DNA of 64,000 bases, from positions 128,001 through 192,000 of the forward strand of contig JAULAX010000018.1 of the NCBI GenBank assembly GCA_032654565.1, given 5' to 3'. Below the pieces are notes generated by a model. The model was not told the origin of the DNA and did no database searches. It saw only the letters and a program-made list of their open reading frames with translations. Position 1 is the stretch's first letter; every line of letters starts with the position of its first letter. The position numbers and the translations under genes were made by a program. Shown here in pieces: positions 28,645-41,860 of this stretch. Origin of the DNA: Anaeromyxobacteraceae bacterium (lineage in GTDB: Bacteria > Myxococcota > Myxococcia > Myxococcales > Anaeromyxobacteraceae).

Positions 28645-29010
28645 ATGACCGATGAGCAGCGGCTCGAGGCCTTCCGCAGGTTCGTGCAGGCCCGCCCCGA
28701 CGACCCCTTCACCCGCTACGCGCTGGCCATGCACCTCCGGTCCATGGGCCGGCTCGACGAGGCCGTGCTGGCCTTCGCCGAGCTGACGGCGCGAGCGCCG
28801 GACTACATCCCCACCTGGCTGATGCTGGGGCAGACGCTCGAGGCGGCCGGGCGGCTCGGCGAGGCGGCCACCGCCTACCAGGACGGCATGGCGGCGGCGA
28901 CGCGACGGCAGGACCTCCACGCCCGCGGCGAGCTGGAGGCGGCCCTCGAGTCCCTCCGCTCGCGCCAGGACCAGCCGCCGCCGCCGACGACGACGACGAG
29001 GACGCCATGA
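28645..29010 (+). CDS. Small TPR protein
   Basis: PDDPFTRYALAM, PDYIPTWLMLGQ; overlaps fabI start. Confidence 0.8.
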   Translation: MTDEQRLEAFRRFVQARPDDPFTRYALAMHLRSMGRLDEAVLAFAELTARAPDYIPTWLMLGQTLEAAGRLGEAATAYQDGMAAATRRQDLHARGELEAALESLRSRQDQPPPPTTTTRTP

Positions 29011-29831
29011 GCGAGGCCTGGACCCCGACCTACCCGCACCAGCCGCTCGGCGGCCTCTTGAAGGGGAAGCGCGCCCTGATCGCCGGCGTGGCCAACGACC
29101 GCTCCATCGCCTGGGCCATCGCCGAGGCCTTCCACGCCGAGGGGGCGGAGCTGGCCTTCACCTACCCCGGCGAGGCCATGGGGAAGCGGGTCATCCCCCT
29201 GGTGCAGGCGCTCCACCCGGCCGCCATCCTCGACTGCGACGTCGGCAAGGACGAGGAGATCGCCCGGACCTTCGCCGCGCTGAAGCAGCGGTGGGACAGC
29301 TTCGACATCCTGGTCCACTCCATCGCCTACACCCCGCGCGAGGCGCTGGAGGGGCGCTTCACCGAGGTGACCACCCGCGAGGCCTTCCGCATCAGCCTCG
29401 ACGTCTCGGCCTACTCGCTCATCGCCCTGACCCGCGCCGCCCGGCCCTTCATGCCGAAGGGCGGCAGCGTGGTCTGCCTGAGCTACTACGGCTCGGAGAA
29501 GGTGGTGCCCAACTACAACGTGGCCGGCGTGGCCAAGGCGGCGCTGGAGGCCTCCACCCGCTACCTGGCCGAGGACCTCGGGCCGGAGGGGATCCGCGTC
29601 AACGCCATCAGCGCCGGGCCGCTCAAGACCCTGGCCGCCGCCGGCATCAAGGGGATGCGGACCATGCTCAGCGAGAACGCCGAGAAGACGCCGCTGCGGC
29701 GCAACATCGGCCACGAGGACGTGGCCCGCGCCGCCCTCTACCTCTGCTCCGAGCTCGGAAAGAACGTCACCGGCGAGGTGCTCCACGTCGACGCCGGCCA
29801 GAACATCCTCGGCGTGGTGTCGATGCGGTAG
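29007..29831 (+). CDS. fabI: Enoyl-ACP reductase
   Basis: GVANDRSIAWAIA, VHSIA, PNYNVAGVAKAALE, NAISAGPLKTLAA. Confidence 0.95.
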   Translation: MSEAWTPTYPHQPLGGLLKGKRALIAGVANDRSIAWAIAEAFHAEGAELAFTYPGEAMGKRVIPLVQALHPAAILDCDVGKDEEIARTFAALKQRWDSFDILVHSIAYTPREALEGRFTEVTTREAFRISLDVSAYSLIALTRAARPFMPKGGSVVCLSYYGSEKVVPNYNVAGVAKAALEASTRYLAEDLGPEGIRVNAISAGPLKTLAAAGIKGMRTMLSENAEKTPLRRNIGHEDVARAALYLCSELGKNVTGEVLHVDAGQNILGVVSMR

Positions 29832-29880
29832 GGGCTGGCCGGGCTCGCCTCGTCGCGGCACGGCATGGCACGCCACGCCA

Positions 29881-29940
29881 CGGAGGCGCCAGCCGGTCCT
29901 CGGAGGCGCCAGCCGGTCCTCGGAGGCGCCAGCCGGTCCT
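29881..29940. repeat. 20-bp perfect tandem repeat x3
   Basis: CGGAGGCGCCAGCCGGTCCT three times. Confidence 0.95.
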
Positions 29941-30595
29941 AGACGAACCGCCCCGGCCTGGCCCCGGCCCCCACGAACGGGTTGTGGCGCCGCTCCTCGC
30001 CGATGGTCCCGCCCGGCCCGTGGCCGGGCAGGAACTTCACCGCGTCACCCAGCGTGAAGAGCTTGCCGGTGATGGAGCGGGCCAGCTGCTCGAAGTCGCC
30101 GCCCGGCAGGTCGGTCCGGCCCACCGACCCCTGGAAGAGCGTGTCGCCGGTGAAGACCACGCCGGCCTCCTCGAACCAGAGGCTCACCGAGCCCGGGCAG
30201 TGGCCCGGGGTGTGGAGCACGGTGGCCGACTGCCGCCCCACCGTCACCACCTCGCCGTCGGCCAGCGTGGCGTCGGGGGTGAGCGGCCGGGCCTCCTCCA
30301 GGCCGAACATGGCCGCCTGCCGCGGCAGCATGGCCAGCCAGGGCACGTCGCCTTCGTGGATGGAGACCGGCGCGCCGGTGGCCTCGCGGGCCTCGGCGGC
30401 CCCGGCGGCGTGATCGACGTGGCCGTGGGTGAGCAGGATCCGCTTCACCGCGAACCCCTCGGGCTGGCGCAGCGCCAGCACCCGCGGCAGCTCGGCGCCC
30501 GGGTCGATGAGCACCGCGTCGCCGGTCTCGGAGCAGGCCGCCAGCCAGGCGTTCATGGCGAACGGCCCGACCACGACGCCGCGGACGATCAGCAT
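29939..30595 (-). CDS. MBL-fold metallo-hydrolase (glyoxalase II-like)
   Basis: THGHVDH, HTPGH, TGDTLF, GRTDLPGG, PGHG. Confidence 0.92.
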   Translation of the reverse strand: MLIVRGVVVGPFAMNAWLAACSETGDAVLIDPGAELPRVLALRQPEGFAVKRILLTHGHVDHAAGAAEAREATGAPVSIHEGDVPWLAMLPRQAAMFGLEEARPLTPDATLADGEVVTVGRQSATVLHTPGHCPGSVSLWFEEAGVVFTGDTLFQGSVGRTDLPGGDFEQLARSITGKLFTLGDAVKFLPGHGPGGTIGEERRHNPFVGAGARPGRFV

Positions 30596-30736
30596 GGCCA
30601 GCCCCCTTCGGAGACGGAACGGGCCGGAGGGTCTCCCCACCGGCCCGACGAATGGAGCGCGGCAGCCGCCGCCTCCGCGCAGCTCACCATCCTCGCCAAC
30701 CCCCGCCGCAGCCGGCCGGAGATGAGGAGGCGGGCG

Positions 30737-31114
30737 CTACGCCTGGAACGAGGAGCCGCAGCCGCAGGTGCTCTTGGCGTTCGGGTTGTTGAACTTGAAC
30801 CCGGCGCCCTGCAGCCCGACCACGTAGTCCACCGTCACGCCCTGCAGGTACATGGAGCTCATGGCGTCGACGTAGAGCTTGAGCCCGGCCTGCTCCAGCG
30901 TCACGTCGCCGTCCTTGGGCGCGTTCTCGAAGTCCATCGAGTACTGGAAGCCCGAGCAGCCCCCGCCCATGACGCCGATGCGGATGCCGTACCCGGCCAG
31001 CCCCTCGCGCTGCATCGCGTCCTTCACCATCTCCACCGCCTTGTCGGTGAGGGAGACGAAGTTGTCCATCCCGAGATCGGTCGCCAGCGGAGCTGCCACG
31101 GTCGTCGCTTCCAT
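30737..31114 (-). CDS. A-type Fe-S carrier (IscA/ErpA/HesB family)
   Basis: GGGCSGFQY, FKFNNPNAKSTCGCGSSF. Confidence 0.93.
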   Translation of the reverse strand: MEATTVAAPLATDLGMDNFVSLTDKAVEMVKDAMQREGLAGYGIRIGVMGGGCSGFQYSMDFENAPKDGDVTLEQAGLKLYVDAMSSMYLQGVTVDYVVGLQGAGFKFNNPNAKSTCGCGSSFQA

Positions 31115-31168
31115 GTCTGTTTCCCGTTTCCTTCCGGGGCGCGGCCCCGGAGTTGAATGGACGGAGCA

Positions 31169-31197
31169 AGTCTAACAGGGGGCCCGTGGCGCTTCAA
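31169..31197 (-). promoter_or_regulatory. Sigma70 promoter of the Fe-S carrier gene
   Basis: TTGAAG-N17-TAGACT with extended TG. Confidence 0.65.
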
Positions 31198-31326
31198 CGG
31201 AACCGGCGGGAGCCCCCGGGGCGGGGGCGCCCGGGGTCAACGTTCGCTTCGGGGCGCCACCTTCGGGGCCGCGGTCGCAGGCGGTCGCAGGCGGGCGCTC
31301 ACCGGCCGAGCCCCACGGGTCCGCGC

Positions 31327-32043
31327 TCAGCCGCCGCCGCGCCCGCTGAGCCGGCGGCCGCCGTCCACCGGCAGCACCGCGCCGGTGACGTACGGGGCCT
31401 CGGCCAGGTAGCGGACCGCCTCGGCCACGTCCAGCGGGGTGCCGGCCCGCAAGAGCGGGATGCGGGCGGCCAGGCGGCGGCGCCGGGCGGCGGGGTAGCC
31501 CGCTGGCCAGAGCACGGTCCCCGGGGCCACGGCGTTGACCCGCACCCGCGGCGCCAGCTCCAGCGCCAGGCACTCGGTGAGCCGGACCAGCGCCGCCTTC
31601 CCGGCGCAGTAGGCGGCGTAGCCGCGCCAGGCCACCAGCCCGCCCCCCACGTCGGCGACGTTGACCACGCTGCCCCGCGACCTCCGCAGCAGCGGCAGCA
31701 GGGCCCGGGTGAGCAAGAGCGGCGCCCGGGCGTTGAGGTCGAGCTGGGCGTCGAAGGCGGCGGCGTCGGTCCGCTCCAGCGGCCGGGGCTCGAAGCCGGC
31801 GGCCGAGTTGACCAGCAGGTCGAGGCGGGTGAAGCGCTCGCCGAAGGCGGCCGCCAGCGCCGCCGGGCCGTCGGCGGTGGCCAGGTCACCCTGCAGGGCC
31901 GCCGCGAAGCCGCGCGGCCGGTGCGAGCGGTAGTGGGCGACCACGGTGTAGCCGTGGCGCGCCAGGTGGCGGCCGATGGCCAGGCCGAGGCGGACGCCGG
32001 CGCCGGTCACCAGCGCCACCCGCCCCTCGGCGCGGGCGCTCAG
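31327..32043 (-). CDS. SDR oxidoreductase (pteridine reductase/FolM-like); apparent CTG start
   Basis: ALVTGAGVRLG, HYRS, LVNSA, YCAGK, RVNAVAPG. Confidence 0.85.
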   Translation of the reverse strand: MSARAEGRVALVTGAGVRLGLAIGRHLARHGYTVVAHYRSHRPRGFAAALQGDLATADGPAALAAAFGERFTRLDLLVNSAAGFEPRPLERTDAAAFDAQLDLNARAPLLLTRALLPLLRRSRGSVVNVADVGGGLVAWRGYAAYCAGKAALVRLTECLALELAPRVRVNAVAPGTVLWPAGYPAARRRRLAARIPLLRAGTPLDVAEAVRYLAEAPYVTGAVLPVDGGRRLSGRGGG

Positions 32044-32597
32044 GGAGTACCCCGGGGACGCCAGAGGGTCTCGGCGCGGCCGGCGCGCAGGTTGGCGACG
32101 CGGGCCGCCACGAAGAGCAGGTCGGAGAGCCGGTTGAGGTAGACGAGGGCGTTGGGATCGACCTCGACCTGCGCCGCCAGCGCCACCACCTGCCGCTCGG
32201 CGCGCCGGCAGACGCAGCGGGCCAGGTGCAGCGCCGCCGCCCCCGGCGTCCCCCCGGGGAGCACGAAGGCGCGCAGCTCGGGGAGGGTGGCGTCCCAGCG
32301 GTCCATGGCCTGCTCGAGGCGGGCCGCCCAGGCCGGGTCGATGGCCGGCACCGCGCCGCGCGCCGCGGCGCCGTGGGGGCTGGCCAGCTCGGCGCCCACC
32401 GTGAAGAGCTCGGCCTGGACGCGCCCCAGCTCCTCGTCCAGTTCGGGGTCGGAGAGGGCGGCGCGGGCGGCGCCGATGGCGGCGTTGGCCTCGTCCACCT
32501 CGCCGTAGGCCTCGACCCGCGGCTCGGACTTGCGCACCCGGCCGCCGCCGAACAGGCCGGTCTCTCCACCGTCCCCGCTCTTCGTGTAGATCTTCAT
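32040..32597 (-). CDS. PduO-type cob(I)alamin adenosyltransferase
   Basis: MKIYTKSGDGGET, EAYGEVDEAN, FVLPGG, RRAER, YLNRLSDLLF. Confidence 0.93.
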   Translation of the reverse strand: MKIYTKSGDGGETGLFGGGRVRKSEPRVEAYGEVDEANAAIGAARAALSDPELDEELGRVQAELFTVGAELASPHGAAARGAVPAIDPAWAARLEQAMDRWDATLPELRAFVLPGGTPGAAALHLARCVCRRAERQVVALAAQVEVDPNALVYLNRLSDLLFVAARVANLRAGRAETLWRPRGTP

Positions 32598-32677
32598 CGA
32601 GGACGTGCCTATCACCGGGCCCCGGCCACCGCAACGCGGGACCGCCGGGCAGTCACCCCGAGGAGGCGAGGAGCCAC

Positions 32678-34018
32678 ATGGAGCCGATCTTCGAGGGCGA
32701 GGCGCTGCTGCAGGTGGGGAGGGCCGCGGCCCGGCTGGCCTGGGAGGGCGGGATGACGGTCCGCAAGCCGGACGGCACGGTGGTGCCGATACCGCTGCTG
32801 GCCGAACCCGAGGTGCTCGACCGGGCCGCGCTGGCGGCCGCCGCCGCCGAGGCCGAGCTGATCCTCTCCGGCGCCGTGAAGCTGGCCCGGGCGCTGCGGC
32901 ACGGCGGCGACCCGCGCGACCGGGCGGCGCTGGTCGAGCCCTTCTCCGGCCTGGAGGCCGAGGCCATGGACCGGCTCTTCGAGGAGGCGCCGCTGCCGGT
33001 GATGGTGGCGCGGGTCGACTACCTGGTCCCCGAGGGGGGCGGGGCGCCGCGGGCGCTGGAGCTGAACGCCACCATCCCCGCCATGCCGGCCTACGCCGAC
33101 CTGGCCGCACACTCGTGGCTGCGGGCGGCGGCCCGGGCGCGGGGCCGCACCGCGCGCGAGGCCGGTGAGCTGGTGGCGGCCTGCGGCAGCCACATGGAGC
33201 GGCTGCGCGAGGCGCTGGTGGGGGCCTACCGGGCCCGCGGCGGGACCCGGGCCCGGCCGTCGATCGCCATCGTGGCCCGCCCCGGCGACTCGCAGATCGG
33301 CGAGCTGCGCCGGCTTGAGGCCCACTTCAGGGCCCAGGGGCACGAGGTGAGCAACCTGCTCCCCACCGAGTGCGTGCCGGAGGACTGGGACCTGCTCTAC
33401 CGCCACGTCTGGGCCCACCACGTGCCGCCCGACGCCCCCTTCGCCCGGGCGCTGCGGGCCCCGGGCCGCTACCCGCTCTACAACCCGGTCAACGGGCTGC
33501 TCGAGGCCAAGGCGCTCTTCGCCCGGCTCTCCGAGTGCGCCGAGGACCGCGCCCTGGCGGACCGGGCCGGGCTCGACGAGGCCGAGCGCGGGGCGGCGGC
33601 GCGGCTGCCCTGGACCCGGCGGCTCGACGCGGCGCTGGTGCCGCGGGTCAAGGCGGAGCGGGCCGGCTTCGTGCTGAAGCGGAGCTGGGACTACGGCGGC
33701 AAGTCGGTCCACCTGGGCGCCGAGCTGGGGCAGGAGGCCTGGGAGCGGGTGGTGGACGAGGCGCTCATCGACCAGCGCGGCGGCGGCTTCGTGGCCCAGG
33801 AGCGGATCTTCGCGGTGCGCAAGCCGGCCACCCGCATCGCCGGCGACGAGGAGACCCACGGCGACCTCTACCGCGACCTCTCCACCTACTGCGGCCTCGG
33901 CCCCTCCCGCCCGGGCGGCTCGGTGGTGCGGGCGGCGGCCTCGCCCATCGTCAACATCCTCGGCGGCGGCGGGCTGGCCCCGGTCATCCCCGCCGACGTG
34001 TACGAGCTGCTCAAATAG
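32678..34018 (+). CDS. Circularly permuted ATP-grasp-like ligase, substrate unknown
   Basis: ARVD, LELN, NP...K, VLK...YGGKSV.LG, VAQE. Confidence 0.6.
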   Translation: MEPIFEGEALLQVGRAAARLAWEGGMTVRKPDGTVVPIPLLAEPEVLDRAALAAAAAEAELILSGAVKLARALRHGGDPRDRAALVEPFSGLEAEAMDRLFEEAPLPVMVARVDYLVPEGGGAPRALELNATIPAMPAYADLAAHSWLRAAARARGRTAREAGELVAACGSHMERLREALVGAYRARGGTRARPSIAIVARPGDSQIGELRRLEAHFRAQGHEVSNLLPTECVPEDWDLLYRHVWAHHVPPDAPFARALRAPGRYPLYNPVNGLLEAKALFARLSECAEDRALADRAGLDEAERGAAARLPWTRRLDAALVPRVKAERAGFVLKRSWDYGGKSVHLGAELGQEAWERVVDEALIDQRGGGFVAQERIFAVRKPATRIAGDEETHGDLYRDLSTYCGLGPSRPGGSVVRAAASPIVNILGGGGLAPVIPADVYELLK

Positions 34019-34195
34019 CGCCCAATCGCGCGGCGCTCAGTCGCGCGGCGTCAATCGCGCGGCGCTCGCGCCCAGTCGCGCCGCGCTCCGCGCGGCGCAA
34101 CCCGACAACTCCAGGACCTCCTCCCGGTCGCCTTCCCGGCTCCGCCTGCCTCCCCCGAAGTGGAGTCGTGGCGTCGTTCCGGTGATACTCCCCCC

Positions 34196-35173
34196 GTGGC
34201 CCCCACGCGCCCCCGCATCCTCGTCGTCGACGACAGCCGCACCCAGCTCGACTGGCTGGTACAGGTGCTGCTGCGCGACGGCTACGACGTGGTCACCGCC
34301 GCCACCGGCCGGGAGGCCATCGTCAAGGCGCGCACCCTGGCGCCGGACCTGGTGCTGCTCGACATGATCCTGCCGGACATGGACGGGCTGGAGGTGCTGC
34401 GGCTGGTCAAGGCCCGGCCCGACGAGCGCTTCCTGCCGGTCATCATCCTCTCGGTGAAGAGCGACGTCGACTCCAAGGTGGAGGGGCTGCGCATCGGCGC
34501 CGATGACTTCATCGCCAAGCCGTTCGCCGAGGCCGAGATCATGGCCCGCTGCGCCGCCATGCTGCGCATCAAGACGCTCCAGGACCAGCTGCGCTCCACC
34601 CGCCGCAGCCTCGAGGAGCAGTCGGTCACCGACGCCCTCACCGGCCTCAAGAACCGCCGCTTCTTCGACGAGCGGCTGCCCGAGGAGTTCCGCCGGGCCC
34701 AGCGCTACAGCGATCCGGTCTCGCTGATGATGATCGACCTCGACCACTTCAAGCAGGTCAACGACCGCTACGGCCACCAGATGGGCGACGTGGTGCTGCG
34801 CGACGCCGCCGCGGTCATCAAGGCCTCGGTCCGCGACCCGGACATCTGCGCCCGCTACGGCGGCGAGGAGTTCGCCGTCATCCTCCCCAAGACCCACCTC
34901 GGCGGCGCCCTCACCGTGGCCGAGCGGGTCTGGCGGGGGCTGAAGGACAAGGTCTACCTGCAGGAGGTCCCGGCGGTGGGCCAGGCGGGGGCGGCCGAGG
35001 TGCGGGTGACGGCGTCGCTGGGGCTGGCCTTCTTCCCCTCCAAGGACATCCTGTCCGCCGAGCTGCTGGTGAAGTTCGCCGACGAGGCGCTCTACCAGGC
35101 CAAGCGCGCGGGCCGGAACAACATCTGCCTCTACCAGGCGCAGAACTACCGGTACGAGGCCGATCCGCGCTGA
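34196..35173 (+). CDS. Response regulator-diguanylate cyclase (REC-GGDEF)
   Basis: REC; DALTGLKNRR, DLDHFKQVND, RDPD I-site, RYGGEEF. Confidence 0.93.
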   Translation: MAPTRPRILVVDDSRTQLDWLVQVLLRDGYDVVTAATGREAIVKARTLAPDLVLLDMILPDMDGLEVLRLVKARPDERFLPVIILSVKSDVDSKVEGLRIGADDFIAKPFAEAEIMARCAAMLRIKTLQDQLRSTRRSLEEQSVTDALTGLKNRRFFDERLPEEFRRAQRYSDPVSLMMIDLDHFKQVNDRYGHQMGDVVLRDAAAVIKASVRDPDICARYGGEEFAVILPKTHLGGALTVAERVWRGLKDKVYLQEVPAVGQAGAAEVRVTASLGLAFFPSKDILSAELLVKFADEALYQAKRAGRNNICLYQAQNYRYEADPR

Positions 35174-35303
35174 TCCCGCGCCCCCGGGTGTGGTACGACC
35201 CAGGGAAGTTCTGCACCCGGGTGGCCGGGGCACCAACCTGCCGAATTCAGGGGTTCCGGTGCTCCGGGTCGCTGGACCGACCCGTGCAGCCGTGGAGGCG
35301 ACG

Positions 35304-36860
<1,557 letters not shown>

Positions 36861-36872
36861 GGGGGAAACACC

Positions 36873-38339
<1,467 letters not shown>

Positions 38340-38379
38340 GCCGTCCGCCCCTCCGTCCGCCCGGCGCGGGCCGGCCCGC

Positions 38380-39021
38380 TCACCGCCCGGTGAGCGGGCG
38401 CAGGAACTCCCAGGCCTCCCGCTGGATCAGCTCCAACGAGCCGGTCAGCTCGTGGCCGTCGTCGACGACCACCAGCCGGGCCGTGGGCGTCCGCGCCACC
38501 CAGGCCTCGATGTCCTCGAGCGGGATCGACTCGTCGCGCCGCCCGGCGATCACCAGCGCCGGCACCGTCACCGCCGGGAAGGCGGGCAGGCCGGCGGCCG
38601 CCTCGTGGAAGGCCCAGCCGAGCCGGCGCCGGTCGTTGCTGACGTGGTGGTCCACCTCCAGCCCCTGGCCGCGCCACTCGTCCAGCTCGGCCGGGGTGAG
38701 GCGGGCGCTCCAGCGCTCGAAGAGGTTGAAGGCCGGCGCCAGCAGCACCAGCCTCGAGACGCGGGGGTCGGCCGCCGCCTGCAGCGCCGAGAGGTAGCCC
38801 CCCAGCGAGGAGCCGACCAGGGCGTGAGGGCCGGGGTCGGCGCCCAGCACCGCCCGCGCCATCTCCAGCATGGTGAGCGGCGTGGAGCGCTCGAAGCCGT
38901 CGGCGCCCGGGGTCAGGTCGGGGACAGCGACCTCGACCCCCCGCGCGCTGAAGTGGTCGCGGACGGCGCGGGCCTTGCGCGAGGTGGGGCCGGAGGCGAA
39001 GCCGTGCAGGTAGGCGATCAC
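38380..39021 (-). CDS. YqiA/YcfP-family alpha/beta hydrolase
   Basis: YLHGFASGP, GSSLGG, DDGHEL. Confidence 0.88.
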   Translation of the reverse strand: MIAYLHGFASGPTSRKARAVRDHFSARGVEVAVPDLTPGADGFERSTPLTMLEMARAVLGADPGPHALVGSSLGGYLSALQAAADPRVSRLVLLAPAFNLFERWSARLTPAELDEWRGQGLEVDHHVSNDRRRLGWAFHEAAAGLPAFPAVTVPALVIAGRRDESIPLEDIEAWVARTPTARLVVVDDGHELTGSLELIQREAWEFLRPLTGR

Positions 39022-39157
39022 GCGCGGCAGGGTCCCGTGGAGGGAGCGGCCCCGGGGCGGAGGACCGGGCGGCTCACGGGGCGGATCATGCGGCGGACCG
39101 CGTCGCGGCTCGCGGGACGGCTCACGGAGCGGCACACGGAGCGGCACGCCGGGCGGC

Positions 39158-40480
39158 TCACCGGTCGCCGCCGTCCTTCTTCCCCACCGCCGCCCGCCAC
39201 CGCTCGCCCAGCGCCTTCTCCTGCCCGCTCTCCGAGAGCGTGACGATCACCTCGTCGCGCAGCGAGTCGGGCAGGTAGCGCTCGGCGACGTAGTGGCCGG
39301 CGAAGTCGTGCGGGTACTTGTAGCCGCCGCCGTAGCCCATGGCCTCCATCATCCTGGTCGGGGCGTTGCGCAGCTTCATCGGCACCGGCTGCGGGCCGTG
39401 CTCCTGCACCAGCCGCCGGGCCGCGGCGTAGGCGGTCAGGGCGGTGTTCGACTTGGGCGCCAGCGCCAGGTAGATGGCGGCCTGGGTCATGGGCAGCACG
39501 CCCTCCGGCAGCCCCACCAGCTCCACCGCCTGCAGCGCCGCCACCGCCAGCTGGAGCGCCTGGGGGTCGGCGTTGCCGACGTCCTCGGAGGCGAAGATCA
39601 CCATGCGCCGCAGCACGAAGCGCGGCTCCTCGCCGGCCTCCAGCATGCGGGTCAGGTAGTAGACGGCGGCGTCGGGATCGCTGCCGCGCAGCGACTTGAT
39701 GAAGGCGGAGACGATGTTGTAGTGCTCCTCGCCGGCCTGGTCGTAGAGGAGCGTCTTCTGCTGCAGCGCCTCCTCGGCGTCGGCCCGGTCGATCTCGGCG
39801 CGCCCCACCAACCGCACCGCCGCCGCCGCCACCTCCAGCGCGTTGAGGGCCCGCCGGGCGTCGCCGTAGGCGTAGCGGGAGAGCGCCTCGCGGGCCTCGG
39901 CGGTGAGCGTGGGCGTGCCCCCCAACCCCTCCGGCGCCGCCACCGCCCGGTCCAGCAGCGCTCCCACCTCCTCCTCGGTGAGCGCCCGCAGCGTCACCAC
40001 CCGGCAGCGGGAGAGCAGGGCGGCGTTGACCTCGAAGCTGGGGTTCTCGGTGGTGGCGCCGATGAGCACGATGGTGCCGTCCTCGACGTGGGGCAGGAAG
40101 GCGTCCTGCTGGGCGCGCGAGAAGCGGTGGATCTCGTCGACGAAGAGGATGGTCCGCTGCCGGTGCAGCTTCTTGCGGTCGCGGGCGGCGCCGACGATCT
40201 CGCGGATCTCCTTGACCCCCCCGGCCAGCGCGCTGAAGGGGACGAAGGTGGCGCCGGTCTTCCCGGCCACCAGCCGGGCCAGGGTGGTCTTGCCGGTGCC
40301 GGGCGGCCCCCAGAGCACCAGCGAGGGGACCTGGTCGGCCTCGATGGCCCGCCGCAGGGCCCTCCCAGGGCCCAGCAGGTGCTCCTGGCCGACGAAATCC
40401 TCCAGCCGGCGGGGGCGCAGCCGCTCCGCCAGGGGCTTGCTGGCGGTATCGCTTTCGGCGGCGTGTTCGAAGAGGTCCAT
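39158..40480 (-). CDS. rarA: Replication-associated recombination protein A
   Basis: PLAERLRP, WGPPGTGKTT, DEIHRF, GATTENPSF, SAFIKSLRGSD, KYPHDF. Confidence 0.95.
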   Translation of the reverse strand: MDLFEHAAESDTASKPLAERLRPRRLEDFVGQEHLLGPGRALRRAIEADQVPSLVLWGPPGTGKTTLARLVAGKTGATFVPFSALAGGVKEIREIVGAARDRKKLHRQRTILFVDEIHRFSRAQQDAFLPHVEDGTIVLIGATTENPSFEVNAALLSRCRVVTLRALTEEEVGALLDRAVAAPEGLGGTPTLTAEAREALSRYAYGDARRALNALEVAAAAVRLVGRAEIDRADAEEALQQKTLLYDQAGEEHYNIVSAFIKSLRGSDPDAAVYYLTRMLEAGEEPRFVLRRMVIFASEDVGNADPQALQLAVAALQAVELVGLPEGVLPMTQAAIYLALAPKSNTALTAYAAARRLVQEHGPQPVPMKLRNAPTRMMEAMGYGGGYKYPHDFAGHYVAERYLPDSLRDEVIVTLSESGQEKALGERWRAAVGKKDGGDR

Positions 40481-40502
40481 GAGGTTCGGATATCATACGG
40501 GG

Positions 40503-41342
40503 ATGGCAGGCCACCCGTGCCCCATTCCGAAGCGCGTCGGCATCGTCCCCAAGGTCACCTCGGCCGAGGCGACCGAGACGGCCCACTTCGTCGCCCAGTT
40601 CCTCCGCACCAAGGGGGTGGAGGTGCTCACCGAGGAGGAGGCCATCGGCCGCGACGCCGACCTGGTGGTGGTGCTGGGCGGTGACGGCACGCTGATCCAC
40701 GCCGCCACCCTGCTGGGCGGGCGCGCCGCCCCCATCCTCGGCATCAACATGGGCAGCCTCGGCTTCATGACCGAGACCCCGCAGAGCGAGATGTACCCCA
40801 TGCTGGAGACGCTGCTGGCCGGCGGGGCCACCATGTCGCCGCGCATGAAGCTGCGGGTGCACCTGCACCGGGGGGGCTCGCCGGAGCGGGCCCTCGACAC
40901 CGAGGTGCTCAACGACGTGGTCATCTCCAAGAGCCCGTTCAGCCGCATGGCCGAGCTCGACGTGCGCTGCTCGCACCAGTACGTCTGCACCTTCAAGGCC
41001 GACGGCGTCATCGTGGCCACGCCGACTGGCTCCACCGCCTACGCGCTGGCGGCCATGGGGCCCATCCTCTTCCCCACCATGCGCGGCGTGGTGCTGGCGC
41101 CCATCTGCCCGCACACCCTCACCCAGCGCCCGCTGGTGGTGCCGGACGACGAGACGCTCGACATCGTGCTGATGAACGACGCCGAGGTCTTCCTCACGCT
41201 GGACGGCAAGAAGGGGCCGGCGCTGCAGCGCGGCGACCGGGTCCAGGTGAAGCAGTCGTACAACCGGGTGCTGCTGGTGCAGAACCCCAAGGTCGACTTC
41301 TTCGGGATCCTGCGGGCCAAGCTGAGGTGGGGGGAGAGATAG
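40503..41342 (+). CDS. nadK: NAD kinase
   Basis: LGGDGT, GINMGSLGF, LND, TPTGSTAY, PICPH. Confidence 0.93.
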   Translation: MAGHPCPIPKRVGIVPKVTSAEATETAHFVAQFLRTKGVEVLTEEEAIGRDADLVVVLGGDGTLIHAATLLGGRAAPILGINMGSLGFMTETPQSEMYPMLETLLAGGATMSPRMKLRVHLHRGGSPERALDTEVLNDVVISKSPFSRMAELDVRCSHQYVCTFKADGVIVATPTGSTAYALAAMGPILFPTMRGVVLAPICPHTLTQRPLVVPDDETLDIVLMNDAEVFLTLDGKKGPALQRGDRVQVKQSYNRVLLVQNPKVDFFGILRAKLRWGER

Positions 41343-41755
41343 TGGCGGGGCCCAATCGCGGCGCCGCTGGCTTCTGGAGCGGCGACGCAAGGCACGTTGC
41401 CCGTCTCCTGGACTGGACCCCTTCCCGCCGTTCCCCGCTCCATCGTTGCCGTCCGCTCCCGTTCATCGATCGAGAGGCGTAGCGAATGGGCTGCGCGGGC
41501 GGGCGGCTTCGTGTGCGGGGGGAGAGGCGTGGCGAGAGGGCGCGCGGGGGCGGGCGCTGCCGCTGTTCGGGCGGAAGGCTTTGCGAGGGGCCTGCGCGGT
41601 TGGGCGGCGCCGCTCGCCGATCGAGAGGCGCAGCGAAGGGCGAGCAGGATCGGTCAGCGGTGCGGGGACGCGGCCGGTGGCGAGAGGCGGAGGGCTGCGC
41701 TCTCGATCACTGCGCGCCGGCCTGCATCGGGGTCGGTTGCGGACACGGACTGAGC

Positions 41756-41779
41756 GTCATTTCGGGCGCCCGAAATGAC
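41756..41779. repeat. Perfect 24-bp palindrome within a longer hairpin
   Basis: GTCATTTCGGGC-GCCCGAAATGAC, flanked by ACACGGAC/GTCCGTGT. Confidence 0.9.
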
Positions 41780-41860
41780 TCTGGGTCCGTGTGGCATGCA
41801 CCCGAACATGGTCCCTCCTTCGCGAGTTCTGACGTCAGACTTCGCGAATGGGGGAGGAGG

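Noticed and set aside
26839..29940. CRISPR array
   Set aside because: The repeats (60-bp, 15-bp, 20-bp) are contiguous tandem copies without unique spacers; no cas genes seen.
41349..41402. Integron attC site (GCCCAAT resembles RYYYAAC after a stop codon)
   Set aside because: No complementary GTTRRRY end (GTTGCCC), no clear L boxes, and the neighbours are core genes.
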